64,000 bases of DNA from contig JAGXHE010000088.1 in the NCBI GenBank assembly GCA_024636445.1, positions 790 through 64,789 of the forward strand, given 5' to 3'. The position numbers were made by a program, and so were the translations under genes. The DNA is from Sulfitobacter sp. Lineage in GTDB: Bacteria > Pseudomonadota > Alphaproteobacteria > Rhodobacterales > Rhodobacteraceae. Positions within the stretch are counted from its first letter, which is position 1. Every line of letters begins with the position of its first letter. Positions 31,935 to 41,934 of this stretch are shown here, piece after piece. A model generated the notes under the pieces. That model did not search any database. It was not told the origin of the DNA and saw only the letters and a program-made list of their open reading frames with translations.

Positions 31935-33015
31935 GAAGCAGCAGCCCGAGGGCCAGAAAGATCGCGGCGGCAGGCGGTGCCCAGGCGGCCAAAGCCACCG
32001 GGATTTGCCCGTTCTCGCCGAGAATCTGTGCGAAACTGCGAATGAAATACAAACCGAACCCCAAAAGCACTGCTGCCAGCACCGCCGTTCCGGTGCCCCC
32101 GAAACGGGTATGCCGCATGGTGAAGGCAGCGGCAACAAGAACCATCGCCATCAAGAACAGCGGCCGCGCCAGTTCGGACTGAAACCAGACGGTCTGGTGT
32201 CGTGCGGAAAAGCCTGCCTGTTCAAGCTGGCTGATATAGTCGGGCATATCCCAGATCGATACGCCGCCCAATGTGCCAAGGGTGTCACGGATGCCTTCCA
32301 GCGTCAGGGTCGAGGGCACTTGCAACAGCGCATGTGTCTCGGCGCTGGCCTCGGGGTTCACGCCGCCGGCGAGCGGCCAGACCTTTGCCTCGCGCAGTGC
32401 CCATGCACCGTCGCCCAGTGCGGCGCTGTCCGCCTCGATCCGGCGCTGGGGGCCGCCAAGCGGGGCGTATTCCAGAAAGGTCACATCATACAGAACCGAG
32501 GCATCGGCGTTCGACCGGGCCGCACGGATCACCGTCTGGCCATCGGCACCGCCCTGACGCAGCCACACGCCGTCGCCCGACACCAGAACCGTCGCCTGAC
32601 CACCGTTGCGATAGCTGTCGGACAGGACGGCATAGCGTTTGGTCGTCGACGCCACGATCGGGCCAAGCATGGTCACCGCAAGCGCGCCGATGACCAGCGC
32701 CACCGCCACGGGGGCCATCAGCGCCTTGAGCGCCGAACGCCCGGCTGCGCGGGTCACCACCAGCTCGGAGCTGCGCGCCAGACCGATGAACAGAACCACT
32801 GTCGCCAGGATCATGATCAGCGGCAGGATCTCGTTGATGGTTTCGGGTGTGTGCAACAGCGTCAGGCCGACGCGGTTGGCGAAGCTGACGTCGTAATCGG
32901 CAAAGCGGCGCGTCTGTTCGATCAGATCGACCAGCGCGATCAGGGCGAAGAACACGCCCGTCAGCATGGTGAATGCCATGGCAAAGCGACGCGCAAAGTA
33001 GAAATGCAGGATCAT
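31918..33015 (-). CDS. lptG: LPS export ABC permease LptG
   Basis: Trimmed to MILHFYFARRF, the typical LptG start. It has six TM helices with a periplasmic beta-jellyroll insert. It overlaps the lptF stop (ATGA). Confidence 0.9.
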   Translation of the reverse strand: MILHFYFARRFAMAFTMLTGVFFALIALVDLIEQTRRFADYDVSFANRVGLTLLHTPETINEILPLIMILATVVLFIGLARSSELVVTRAAGRSALKALMAPVAVALVIGALAVTMLGPIVASTTKRYAVLSDSYRNGGQATVLVSGDGVWLRQGGADGQTVIRAARSNADASVLYDVTFLEYAPLGGPQRRIEADSAALGDGAWALREAKVWPLAGGVNPEASAETHALLQVPSTLTLEGIRDTLGTLGGVSIWDMPDYISQLEQAGFSARHQTVWFQSELARPLFLMAMVLVAAAFTMRHTRFGGTGTAVLAAVLLGFGLYFIRSFAQILGENGQIPVALAAWAPPAAAIFLALGLLLHAEDG

Positions 33016-34145
33016 GTGGCCTCCACCGCCTGCGGCCTGCGACGCCGCAGCAGACCGGGGTGGGCCGCCCATGTCAGCATGCCGATGACCAGCACCAGCC
33101 CCAGCAGCGACGGCAGATACATCATCGGCCAAAGCGCTGCATCATTCAGTACCATCTGTGCAAAGGTGCTGCGCAGCCCGTCGATGCCGATCAGCAGGCC
33201 AAAGGCGATCACCGCCTCGCGCCAGACACCGAACCGCGAATAGCCGCCGACCATCAACGTCGCAAAGCCGATCAGCGCCGCGACGATGCAGAACAGCGGC
33301 TGTGCAAAGCGGCTGTGGACCTCCTCGGCGATGTCGCCATTGCGCGCGCCGGTCTCGTCCGCGATGCGGTCCCAATCGGTCATCAGGGCCAATGTGCTCA
33401 TATTGCGGATCGAGCCTGTGACTTCGGTGTCGCTGCTGACCAGTCTGGAGATGTCAAAGGAGAAATCGAGGAACTTGGCAGTCGAGAGACGGTTGTCGGT
33501 GGTGTTCAGACGCTGTGCCAGCCCGTCCACCATGATCAGCGTGGTGCCTGCGTCATTGCGCACCAGATAGGCTTCGGCGGCAGTATAGATCACCCGTTGC
33601 TCGGAATTGCGCCGGTCCGACAGGAACACATCGCGCAGCACGCCGTCTTCGCCGATGGTGCGGGTGTAGAATGTGACCTGGGCTGCAGGCGACAGGAACG
33701 TGCCCTCGGTCAGCAGGCGCGAGGTGACGTTGCGCGAAATCTCGGCCTCGCGCACGCTCAGCTGGCCCTGCGCGGCAGGCACCAGCACATGCGCCAGCAC
33801 CGTCATCATCGCAGCCACGATCAACCCATAGGCCAGTACGGGCCGTGCCATCCGCCAGGGGCCGGTGCCGGTGGCCTGCATCACCACCAGTTCGGATTCG
33901 CCCGACAGCCGGTTGGTCACGTAGACCGACGCGGCAAAAGTGGCGATCGGCAGCACGGTCACGATCAGCTTGGGCAGGCTCAGCGAGGTGAATTCGAGAA
34001 AGACCAATGCGGTCTGGCCGTCGCCGATCAATCGGTCGAACAGAACCACCGCGCGGTTGATCCAGAACACAGCCACCAGCACCAGCGAGAAAAAGCCGAA
34101 CAACAGCAGAAACTGCGACAGCATATACCTGTCGAATCTGGCCAC
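33012..34145 (-). CDS. lptF: LPS export ABC permease LptF
   Basis: 377 aa. MARFDRYMLSQFLLLFGFF is typical of LptF. Confidence 0.9.
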   Translation of the reverse strand: MARFDRYMLSQFLLLFGFFSLVLVAVFWINRAVVLFDRLIGDGQTALVFLEFTSLSLPKLIVTVLPIATFAASVYVTNRLSGESELVVMQATGTGPWRMARPVLAYGLIVAAMMTVLAHVLVPAAQGQLSVREAEISRNVTSRLLTEGTFLSPAAQVTFYTRTIGEDGVLRDVFLSDRRNSEQRVIYTAAEAYLVRNDAGTTLIMVDGLAQRLNTTDNRLSTAKFLDFSFDISRLVSSDTEVTGSIRNMSTLALMTDWDRIADETGARNGDIAEEVHSRFAQPLFCIVAALIGFATLMVGGYSRFGVWREAVIAFGLLIGIDGLRSTFAQMVLNDAALWPMMYLPSLLGLVLVIGMLTWAAHPGLLRRRRPQAVEAT

Positions 34146-34349
34146 ATTCCCCCCAGTTGCGCATGGACGTGCAAAGTTGGCAGCAACTTAGCCCAAGGTC
34201 TCGCGCTAAGGAACCTGTAAATCCGCCATATTTTCACCACAGGCGACTTGGTGCCCGCCCATGGCATTGGCCGCTCTGGCCATGTCTGTCTGCCCGCGCT
34301 AACAGTTGGCAAAGCAAAATCGAAAATTACTCCCGCGAAAGGATGCGCC

Positions 34350-35843
34350 ATGACAGCCAAACCGACACCGATGACCAAAGTCACCTTCGAGGCACTGGGC
34401 GTTGAGGCTCTGGCCACCGCCGAGGGCCGCGTCGCCGTTGTGCTTTCGCCTGATGCCAAGATGGATGCCGCGGCCCAGCGTATCAACGAACTGACCCAAG
34501 GCGCGCTTGAACGGCTGGTGCGGATGGCGGCGACCAAGGATTCTGCTGATTTCAAGCCGGGTGGGGTGATCACCTTGTCGGTGCCCGCAAACATGGCCGC
34601 AGATGCGCTTGACGTTGTGTGCCTGTCGCACAGCGGCTCTGTCGAGGACGCGCGCAAGGCCGGCGCCGCATTGGCCAAGGTGCGCGGGACTGCGGATATG
34701 CTGATCGCCATGGGCGACATCGGCCACGCGGCAGAACTGGGCTTTGGTCTGGTGATGCGCGATTACGGGTTCAACGCCCATAAGACCGATGCGAAACCTG
34801 CCGCAGGTGCGGTACGGATCATGTGCGCCAAGCCTGAAGAGGTACAGGCCGCGGCCGCACCGTTGATGGCGGTGGCGGAGGGCGCATTCTTTACCCGCGA
34901 TCTGGTGAACGAGCCTGCGAATGTACTGACCACCACCGAGTTTGCCGACCGTCTCAAGGCGATGGAAGACATCGGGCTGAAAGTTGAGGTTCTGGAAGAG
35001 GATGCGCTTGCAAGCCTTGGAATGGGTTCACTTTTGTGCGTGGGGCAGGGGTCTGACAGCCCGTCGAAAGTGGTCGTCATGCACTGGAATGGCGGCCCCG
35101 AGGGCGAGGCACCACTGGCTTTGGTCGGCAAGGGTGTGGTTTTTGATACCGGCGGGATCAGTCTGAAGCCCGGTGCGGGCATGGAAGACATGACCATGGA
35201 CATGGGCGGCGCAGGCGTCGTCGCCGGTGTCATGCGCGCGCTGGCGCTGCGCAAGGCAAAGGCGAACGTGATCGGATTGGTCGGTCTGGTCGAGAATATG
35301 CCCTCGGGCAATGCGGTGCGCCCCGGTGACGTGGTGACGTCGATGAAGGGCGACACGATCGAGGTGATCAACACCGACGCCGAAGGGCGGCTCGTGCTGT
35401 GCGACGTGATGTGGTACGCGCAAGAGCGGTTCAAACCGGCGGGCATGATCGACCTTGCCACGCTGACCGGCGCGATCATCATCGGGCTTGGCCATGAAAA
35501 CGCCGGGGTGTTTTCCAACGACGATGACCTGTGCAACGCGTTCCTGAAATCAGCCGCGACCGAGAATGAGGGCGCATGGCGGATGCCGCTGGGCAAGGCC
35601 TATGACGAGCAGTTGAAAAGCCGTATCGCCGATATGAAGAACGTGGGTGGCAGGCCTGCGGGGTCGATCACGGCGGCGCAGTTCCTCAAGCGGTTCGTCA
35701 AGGACGAGATGCCGTGGATCCACCTGGATATTGCCGGTGTCGCCTCGGTCAAGACCGACACGACGCTGGCGCCGAAGGGGGCTACGGGCTGGGGCGTGGC
35801 CGCGCTGAACCGGCTGGTCGCGGACAAGTTCGAAAGCAAATAA
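34350..35843 (+). CDS. pepA: Leucyl aminopeptidase (M17)
   Basis: An internal ATG gives MTAKPTPMTKV. The NTDAEGRLVL signature and metal ligands are present. It is divergent from lptF, as is typical. Confidence 0.95.
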   Translation: MTAKPTPMTKVTFEALGVEALATAEGRVAVVLSPDAKMDAAAQRINELTQGALERLVRMAATKDSADFKPGGVITLSVPANMAADALDVVCLSHSGSVEDARKAGAALAKVRGTADMLIAMGDIGHAAELGFGLVMRDYGFNAHKTDAKPAAGAVRIMCAKPEEVQAAAAPLMAVAEGAFFTRDLVNEPANVLTTTEFADRLKAMEDIGLKVEVLEEDALASLGMGSLLCVGQGSDSPSKVVVMHWNGGPEGEAPLALVGKGVVFDTGGISLKPGAGMEDMTMDMGGAGVVAGVMRALALRKAKANVIGLVGLVENMPSGNAVRPGDVVTSMKGDTIEVINTDAEGRLVLCDVMWYAQERFKPAGMIDLATLTGAIIIGLGHENAGVFSNDDDLCNAFLKSAATENEGAWRMPLGKAYDEQLKSRIADMKNVGGRPAGSITAAQFLKRFVKDEMPWIHLDIAGVASVKTDTTLAPKGATGWGVAALNRLVADKFESK

Positions 35844-35846
35844 AGG

Positions 35847-36299
35847 ATGGGGTCGGCGTATTTCTATCACCTGACGCAGCACGCGATGGAGGACACGCTG
35901 ACCATGCTGCTGGGCAAGGCCCGCAGCGCCGGTTGGCGTGTGGCCGTGCGCGGGGTCGAGGCCGCACGTCTGGCCCATCTGGACAACCGGCTGTGGCAAG
36001 GCGACGGCTTTCTGGCCCACGGCGTCGCAGGCGGCGCGCATGATGCAGCGCAGCCGATCCTGCTGACCACGCAGACCGATTGCCCGAACGGTGCTGTTTG
36101 CGTGATGTCCATCGACGGCGCGCCGGTCAGCGCCGAAGAGGTGGCATCGATGGAGCGGGTCTGCATCCTGTTCGACGGCATGGACCCTCAGGCGCTGGAC
36201 ACGGCGCGCGGCCAGTGGAAGGCGTTGAAAGACGCAGGAGCCTCGGCGCAATACTGGTCGGAGGAATCGGGACGCTGGGAGAAAAAGGCCGAAACCTGA
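35847..36299 (+). CDS. holC: DNA polymerase III subunit chi
   Basis: 150 aa with an FYHL start. It lies immediately after pepA (conserved pairing). Confidence 0.85.
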   Translation: MGSAYFYHLTQHAMEDTLTMLLGKARSAGWRVAVRGVEAARLAHLDNRLWQGDGFLAHGVAGGAHDAAQPILLTTQTDCPNGAVCVMSIDGAPVSAEEVASMERVCILFDGMDPQALDTARGQWKALKDAGASAQYWSEESGRWEKKAET

Positions 36300-36304
36300 T
36301 CGTC

Positions 36305-36886
36305 TCAGCGCGTCAGGGTCAGCGTATCCTGAGCAATCGAGATATTACCGAAGTTCTGCAGGTAGCCCATGCCCAGAAGCGATCCGTCCATCTGTCCGCC
36401 ATTGACCACGGCAGGCACGTTGCGGTCCTCAATCGGGCCGAGTGCGACGCGTTCAAGCCGGACCGGGGCAATCGCCACTTCGCCATTGGCCGTGCGTGCG
36501 CGCCCCATATAGTTCAGCGTTTCAAGGTCGATACCGGCGCGCATTGCGTCTTGCTGCGTCAGCACGATGTCGGTTGCTCCGGTGTCGACGACAAATTGGA
36601 TGTTGGCGTCGTTGACCTGCAAACTGAGGTAATAGTGCCCGTCGCGGCTGCGCGGCACGGACACCGCGTTTTCGCCCACCACGCTGGCGCGGTACGGCAT
36701 CGACGCGCGGGTGATGTCGTCCCACAGGCCCACGGCTGCGACCGCGCCTACGATAATCAGCCCCCAGACGGCGGCATATTGCAGTGTCTTGTTCATTGAT
36801 GTGCGCCTTGCTGCAAATGCCCAGCCGACGACCATCAGCAAGAGCAAGACAAGATAGATCAGGCGGCCTGTGTCAAACGTATCCAT
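36305..36886 (-). CDS. Membrane-anchored retropepsin-like (clan AA, TIGR02281-type) aspartic protease
   Basis: Two N-terminal TM helices and the catalytic motif VVDTGATDIVL. Confidence 0.8.
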   Translation of the reverse strand: MDTFDTGRLIYLVLLLLMVVGWAFAARRTSMNKTLQYAAVWGLIIVGAVAAVGLWDDITRASMPYRASVVGENAVSVPRSRDGHYYLSLQVNDANIQFVVDTGATDIVLTQQDAMRAGIDLETLNYMGRARTANGEVAIAPVRLERVALGPIEDRNVPAVVNGGQMDGSLLGMGYLQNFGNISIAQDTLTLTR

Positions 36887-36912
36887 AATGGAAATATAGT
36901 CAGGCGCGCGGT

Positions 36913-37539
36913 TTAACCAAGCCCTTCGTAGAAACTGAAGGCACGCAGACCATCCAGCACGAACTGCACCGACAGGGCGGCCAGCAACATGCCCAGCAGA
37001 CGGGTGACCACGGTAATGCCGGTCTTGCCCAAGACGTGTTCCAGCAGGCCCGACGCCAGAAACAGCACGAAGGCCACCAGCAGAACCGCCAGCGTGATGC
37101 CGATCACGACGCCCAGACCCGCGATGCCCGGCTGTTGTCCGGTCAGCAGGATCACCGAGGCGATGGCACCGGGGCCCGCGATCAGCGGGATCGCCAACGG
37201 GAACACGGACGGATCGACACCGGGGTCTTCCGACGTGTCCTCGCGCCGTTTGGTGCGGCGTTCAAACAGCATGTCGAGGGCTGTGATGAACAGCAAGATA
37301 CCGCCCGCGACACGGAAGGCGGGCATGGAAATGCCAATGAACCCAAGGAGCTTTTCGCCAACGATGGCGAAGGCCACCAGCACCAGAAATCCTGTCACGC
37401 AGGCGCGCACCGCGATGCTGCGGCGGCGCTGCCTGGTCATGCCTTGGGTCAGTGCCACGAACAGTGGCGCCATACCCAGCGGGTCGATCACCACGAACAT
37501 GGTGACGAATGCGGTGATCAGAAAGGCGGTGTCGATCAT
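36913..37539 (-). CDS. MarC family (UPF0056) membrane protein
   Basis: 208 aa with six TM helices. The N-terminal FVVIDPLGMAPLF motif is present. Confidence 0.85.
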   Translation of the reverse strand: MIDTAFLITAFVTMFVVIDPLGMAPLFVALTQGMTRQRRRSIAVRACVTGFLVLVAFAIVGEKLLGFIGISMPAFRVAGGILLFITALDMLFERRTKRREDTSEDPGVDPSVFPLAIPLIAGPGAIASVILLTGQQPGIAGLGVVIGITLAVLLVAFVLFLASGLLEHVLGKTGITVVTRLLGMLLAALSVQFVLDGLRAFSFYEGLG

Positions 37540-37593
37540 CTTGGTCTCCGAGGGGCGGGGGCGTCTTAGGCGCTTTCGTGAACCCGAGAAGGA

Positions 37594-39441
37594 TCAGACG
37601 GTTTCGGCGCGCTCCAGCTTTTCCAGTGCTGCCATCCACATGGCTTCGGCGCGGTCGAGGGCGTTCATCACTTCGGCGTATTTCTTTTGCCAGACTTCCG
37701 CTTCGCCGGATTTGGTGTCTTCGTAGAGCGCGGGATCAGCCAGTTTCTTGGCCAGTTTGTCGCGCATCTCGTTCAATTTGTCCACGCGCGCTTCGGATTT
37801 GCGGGCCTCGGCGCGCAGTTCCAGCACCTGTTCACGGCTGGGGCGTTTGACTTTGGGCGCTTCTACCTTGACCGGCTTGGCCGGTTTGTCAGCCGACAGC
37901 AGCATCTTGCGATAGGATTCCAGATCATCGTCATAGGGGCGCACGGTGCCATCCGACACCAGCCACAGACGGTCTGCGACCAGTCCCAGAAGGTGCATGT
38001 CGTGGCTGACCAGGATCACGGCACCGGTGTAGGTGGTGAGTGCCTCGACCAGCGCCTCGCGGGATTCGATATCAAGGTGGTTGGTCGGCTCGTCCAAAAT
38101 CAGCAGGTGCGGCGCGTCGATGGTGGCCAGCAGCAGCGAAAGACGTGCCTTTTGCCCGCCTGACAGACGGCCCACGGCGGTGTCGGCCTGATCGGGGCCA
38201 AGGCCGAAGCCCGCCAGATTGGCGCGCAGTTTCGACTGCATCACACCGGGGCGCATGGTTTGCAGGTGTTGCAGGGGCGTCTCGTCGATGTGCAGCTCGT
38301 CCACCTGATGCTGGGCAAAATAGCCGATGCGCAGCTTGGTCGAGCGTGTCGCCTTGCCCGACATCAGCGGCAGGCGGTCCGACAGCAGTTTTGACAGGGT
38401 CGACTTGCCCTGACCGTTCTTGCCCAGCAGGGCGATGCGGTCGTCTTGGTCGATGCGCAGGTTCAGTTTTGACAGCACGACGGTGTCGCCGTAACCCGTT
38501 GTGCCGCCTTCGATATTGATGATGGGCGGCGACAGTTCTTCAGGCTCGGGGAAGGTGAACACGCGTTTGGCCGCGTCTTCGGGGGCCGAGATCATGTCCA
38601 TCTTTTCGATCATCTTCAGACGCGATTGCGCCTGTTTTGCTTTGGACGCCTTGGCCTTGAAGCGGTCCACAAAGCTTTGCATGTGGTCGCGGCGGGCCTG
38701 TTGTTTCTTGGCCATCGCGGCCTGCACGGCGCGGCGTTCGGCGCGCTGGCGGGCGAACTGGTCGTAGGGGCCCGAGTAATAGGTCAGCTGGCGCTCTTCC
38801 AGATGCAGGATCGCGCCGACGGCACGGTTCAACAGACCACGGTCGTGGCTGATGATGATGACCGTGTGGGGGTATTTGGCGAGATAAGCCTCAAGCCACA
38901 GCGCCCCTTCGAGGTCGAGGTAGTTGGTCGGCTCATCCAGCAGCAGCAGGTCGGGCTGCGAGAAGAGCACGGCGGCCAGTGCCACACGCATCCGCCAGCC
39001 GCCCGAGAAATCGGAGCAGGGTTTGAGCTGCTCGGCATCGTCAAAGCCCAGACCCTTGAGGATCGTGGCGGCGCGCGCTTCGGCAGACCATGCGTCGATA
39101 TCGGCCAGACGGGTCTGGATCTCGGCGATGCGGGCGGGGTCGGTACTGTCGTCGGCCATCAGTTCGGCGCGTTCGATGTCGGCGGCCAGAACCGTATCGA
39201 GCAGCGAGGTAGACGAGGCGGGCACTTCTTGTGCCACACCGCCGATGCGCGCCTTGGTCGGCAGCGAGATGCTGCCGCCCTCAAGGACCAGCTCGCGGCG
39301 GATCAGTTTGAACAGCGTGGTCTTGCCCGTGCCGTTGGCACCGATCAGGCCCACCTTGTGACCGTCGGGAATGACTGCAGAGGCGCCTTCAAGCAAAGGA
39401 CGGCCCGCGATGGAATAGGTTATATCTGATATGCGCAACAT
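37594..39441 (-). CDS. ABC-F family ATPase
   Basis: Trimmed to MLRISDITYS. It has two Walker A loops (GANGTGKTT, GKNGQGKST) and two signatures (FSGGWRMR, LSGGQKAR). No TM segments. Confidence 0.9.
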   Translation of the reverse strand: MLRISDITYSIAGRPLLEGASAVIPDGHKVGLIGANGTGKTTLFKLIRRELVLEGGSISLPTKARIGGVAQEVPASSTSLLDTVLAADIERAELMADDSTDPARIAEIQTRLADIDAWSAEARAATILKGLGFDDAEQLKPCSDFSGGWRMRVALAAVLFSQPDLLLLDEPTNYLDLEGALWLEAYLAKYPHTVIIISHDRGLLNRAVGAILHLEERQLTYYSGPYDQFARQRAERRAVQAAMAKKQQARRDHMQSFVDRFKAKASKAKQAQSRLKMIEKMDMISAPEDAAKRVFTFPEPEELSPPIINIEGGTTGYGDTVVLSKLNLRIDQDDRIALLGKNGQGKSTLSKLLSDRLPLMSGKATRSTKLRIGYFAQHQVDELHIDETPLQHLQTMRPGVMQSKLRANLAGFGLGPDQADTAVGRLSGGQKARLSLLLATIDAPHLLILDEPTNHLDIESREALVEALTTYTGAVILVSHDMHLLGLVADRLWLVSDGTVRPYDDDLESYRKMLLSADKPAKPVKVEAPKVKRPSREQVLELRAEARKSEARVDKLNEMRDKLAKKLADPALYEDTKSGEAEVWQKKYAEVMNALDRAEAMWMAALEKLERAETV

Positions 39442-39572
39442 AGGCGCGGTGTGCCGCAATGCGGCGACGCCGTCAATCGCCGCTTTTCAAGCGTCAAGCC
39501 CCATGCTATCGGAGCCGCGATTTCAATTCACGGGGGCCGCAGATGTGGCGCCCTGCCAACCGGAGCATTATC

Positions 39573-39995
39573 ATGGCCCTTGAGCGCACATTCTCGATTA
39601 TCAAACCCGACGCAACACGCCGCAACCTGACAGGCGCGATCAACGCCAAGTTTGAAGAAGCTGGTCTGCGCATCGTCGCACAAAAGCGTATTCACCTGAC
39701 CAAGGCGCAAGCGGGCACGTTCTACGCGGTACACTCCGAGCGTCCGTTCTATGACGAGCTGTGCGAATTCATGGCATCCGCTCCGATCGTTGCTCAGGTT
39801 CTGGAAGGCGAAAGCGCCATCACCAAAAACCGCGAAGTCATGGGCGCGACCAACCCTGCAGACGCAGCCGCCGGCACCATCCGCGCCGAATTCGCCGAAA
39901 GCGTTGGCGAAAACTCGGTGCACGGGTCGGACGCACCGGAAACAGCCGCTGTCGAAATCGCGTATTTCTTCTCGGGTCTGGAACTGGTGGGCTAA
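39573..39995 (+). CDS. ndk: Nucleoside diphosphate kinase
   Basis: [14 protein letters not shown] start and active-site NSVHGSD. Confidence 0.98.
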   Translation: MALERTFSIIKPDATRRNLTGAINAKFEEAGLRIVAQKRIHLTKAQAGTFYAVHSERPFYDELCEFMASAPIVAQVLEGESAITKNREVMGATNPADAAAGTIRAEFAESVGENSVHGSDAPETAAVEIAYFFSGLELVG

Positions 39996-40033
39996 GCCAA
40001 TTGCACAAGGCTGCGGCTTTGACGTGTTTGAAT

Positions 40034-40068
40034 GGGCCGGCGCAGATGCGCTGGCCCGTTTGCATTTT
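40034..40068. terminator. Hairpin terminator between convergent ndk and DUF4112 genes
   Basis: GGGCCGGCGC-agat-GCGCTGGCCC (one G-U pair) followed by gtttgcatttt. Confidence 0.55.
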
Positions 40069-40071
40069 GCG

Positions 40072-40470
40072 CTACAGTTGCCGCACAACTTCCTGCGCCG
40101 CAAAGTAATCGCGCAGCAGCTTGGTGTTGCGGGTGTTCGCTTTCCAGCCGACGTCGAACAGATCACCGATCAGGGGGATCGACCCGATGACGGCATCGAC
40201 GCCGATGTTAAAGCCCATACGCGCGACCAGTCTGTTGGGCGCACCCATGCGACGGCCCTGGAGCACGATGTATCCCGCAGGCCCCAGCGCCAACAGGTCG
40301 CCGACGCCGGGCACAAGGCCTATGATGCTGTCCAGCCCCACACGCACGCCGATCAGCGGAACGCGGAATGCGCGGTCCATCTGCTGTGCGATGCGGTCAA
40401 GGTGGTCAAGCTGTTCGGCACGGCTGCGTTCAGGCACGGGACGGGCTGCGCGCGATGATGTAGACTGCAT
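40072..40470 (-). CDS. DUF4112 domain membrane protein
   Basis: GLDSIIGLVPGVGDLL and GVDAVIGSIPLIGDLFD repeats are typical of DUF4112. The start is uncertain: ATG 40470 overlaps the pmp3-like gene by 41 nt, and GTG 40437 is an alternative. Confidence 0.7.
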   Translation of the reverse strand: MQSTSSRAARPVPERSRAEQLDHLDRIAQQMDRAFRVPLIGVRVGLDSIIGLVPGVGDLLALGPAGYIVLQGRRMGAPNRLVARMGFNIGVDAVIGSIPLIGDLFDVGWKANTRNTKLLRDYFAAQEVVRQL

Positions 40471-40600
40471 GGACGATGCCGGGAATATAACCCAGGATGG
40501 TCAGCAGGATGTTCAGCCAGAAGTGTTTGCCAAAGCCTTCTTGCAGGAAAACGCCCAAGGGCGGCAGAAGGATGGCGATCAGGATGCGTAGAAGGTCCAT
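40430..40600 (-). CDS. YqaE/Pmp3 family small membrane proteolipid (56 aa, below ORF-track cutoff)
   Basis: Hand translation gives MDLLRILIAILLPPLGVFLQEGFGKHFWLNILLTILGYIPGIVHAVYIIARSPSRA. The LPPLGV...LTILGYIPG..HA pattern is the Pmp3 signature. Confidence 0.7.
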   Translation of the reverse strand: MDLLRILIAILLPPLGVFLQEGFGKHFWLNILLTILGYIPGIVHAVYIIARSPSRA

Positions 40601-40895
40601 GTGAGGGCTCCGTTCTCGTGTTCACGTTATCAATGCAACGTCAGACACGCGGTCGCGGTTCCCTGCGTGCGACCCTTAAAGGCTGGCGTAATCTGTAATC
40701 GGGGGCTGTGGTTTGGCCGGTGTCTGCAGACTGCCTTGCGCGGACACGGATGGTTTTGGCTGGTGTTGGGTGGGCTGAAACATGGTCGTACCATTTGCTC
40801 GGGGTCCGGCCTGACAATTGGCGACAGACGGTGGGACCGATGCGGACCAATATGCACGTCCGCCGCATAGCTCAGAGGCCCTAATTGCGGCAAAA

Positions 40896-41849
40896 TCAAG
40901 GAATTTGTAACCGTTTCAGCGTGTACAGTGTGCTTTGACGGTAATTATCGCCAGATTCTAACATAATCGGCGGAAATCCGTCATGGTGCGGGGCGTCTGG
41001 CCAGCCTTGAGGTTCCATGGCGATTCCCGCGTAGGGGCCCGACTGTGCACCAAGGTGGGTGCGTCCGGTGCTTGCTGGTATGAGCGCGCCGTCATAGACC
41101 TGCAACCCCGGCTCGGTTGTCGAAATGCTCAGGCGCATCCCGTTGGGGCCGGTCAGCCGCGCGGCAGGGCGCAGGGCGTCGCTGCGTGCATTGGCAAGAC
41201 AAACGTTGTGATCCAGCGGTGCGGCATTGACCAGCGGGGTCGCGGTGCGCGCGTTCAGGCCCAGTTCCTCCACAGATGCCTGTGCTCCGGTGGGCAGTTT
41301 ATCGGGCATCACCGGCAGGTAGGTATCGGCAAAGACCAGCAGATCGTGGCTGCGGACATCGCCCTCGGTGGCGAGGTTCCAGTAGGGGTGGTGTGCGATG
41401 TTCATCACCGTCGTGCGGTCGGTGGTGGCGCTGATGTCCAGCCGCAGCGATGACGGTTTGAGCGTATAGCGCGCCTTGATGTGGCGCAGGCCGGGCAGGC
41501 CGCAATCGCCGTGTTGCAGGGTCACGCAAAAGGTGACGCTGGACTTGCTTTGCGCGGTGACCTCCCATGTGCGGGCATGAAGCCCCTGATCGCCACTGTG
41601 CAGACAATTGGCACCTTCGTTGCGGTGCATCTGCCAATCGGTGCCGTCGATGTCGATCCCGGCACCGGCGATCCGGTTGGCGACGGGGCCGACAAGCGCG
41701 CCCATATAGCTGCCGTCCGACCCTTCGGCCCAGCCCAGCACCAGACTGCGCTGCACCGTGCTGTGCCACACTCCGTTGAGTGCCGCCCCGGTGGTCAGTA
41801 GCCGCGCGCGCAGGGGGCCGTTTGAAATCTCGATATAATTCTGTGTCAT
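40896..41849 (-). CDS. Aldose 1-epimerase family protein
   Basis: 317 aa. It looks like a galactose mutarotase-like beta-sandwich (HSG..G...R.W, NIAHHPYWNL motifs). Confidence 0.82.
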   Translation of the reverse strand: MTQNYIEISNGPLRARLLTTGAALNGVWHSTVQRSLVLGWAEGSDGSYMGALVGPVANRIAGAGIDIDGTDWQMHRNEGANCLHSGDQGLHARTWEVTAQSKSSVTFCVTLQHGDCGLPGLRHIKARYTLKPSSLRLDISATTDRTTVMNIAHHPYWNLATEGDVRSHDLLVFADTYLPVMPDKLPTGAQASVEELGLNARTATPLVNAAPLDHNVCLANARSDALRPAARLTGPNGMRLSISTTEPGLQVYDGALIPASTGRTHLGAQSGPYAGIAMEPQGWPDAPHHDGFPPIMLESGDNYRQSTLYTLKRLQIP

Positions 41850-41934
41850 GGCGCCATCCTGCCCCAGCGATCAGCGCTTGACCACAGCTCAATGCATCGC
41901 TCTTTTGGGTTCAATGACAAAAGGACACCCTGCC

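Noticed and set aside
40601-40899. Three 75-89-aa ORFs in the spacer upstream of the pmp3-like gene
   Set aside because: They are Arg/Cys/Pro-rich, have third-position GC clearly below that of real genes here, and lack an RBS. The region is treated as non-coding (see finding).
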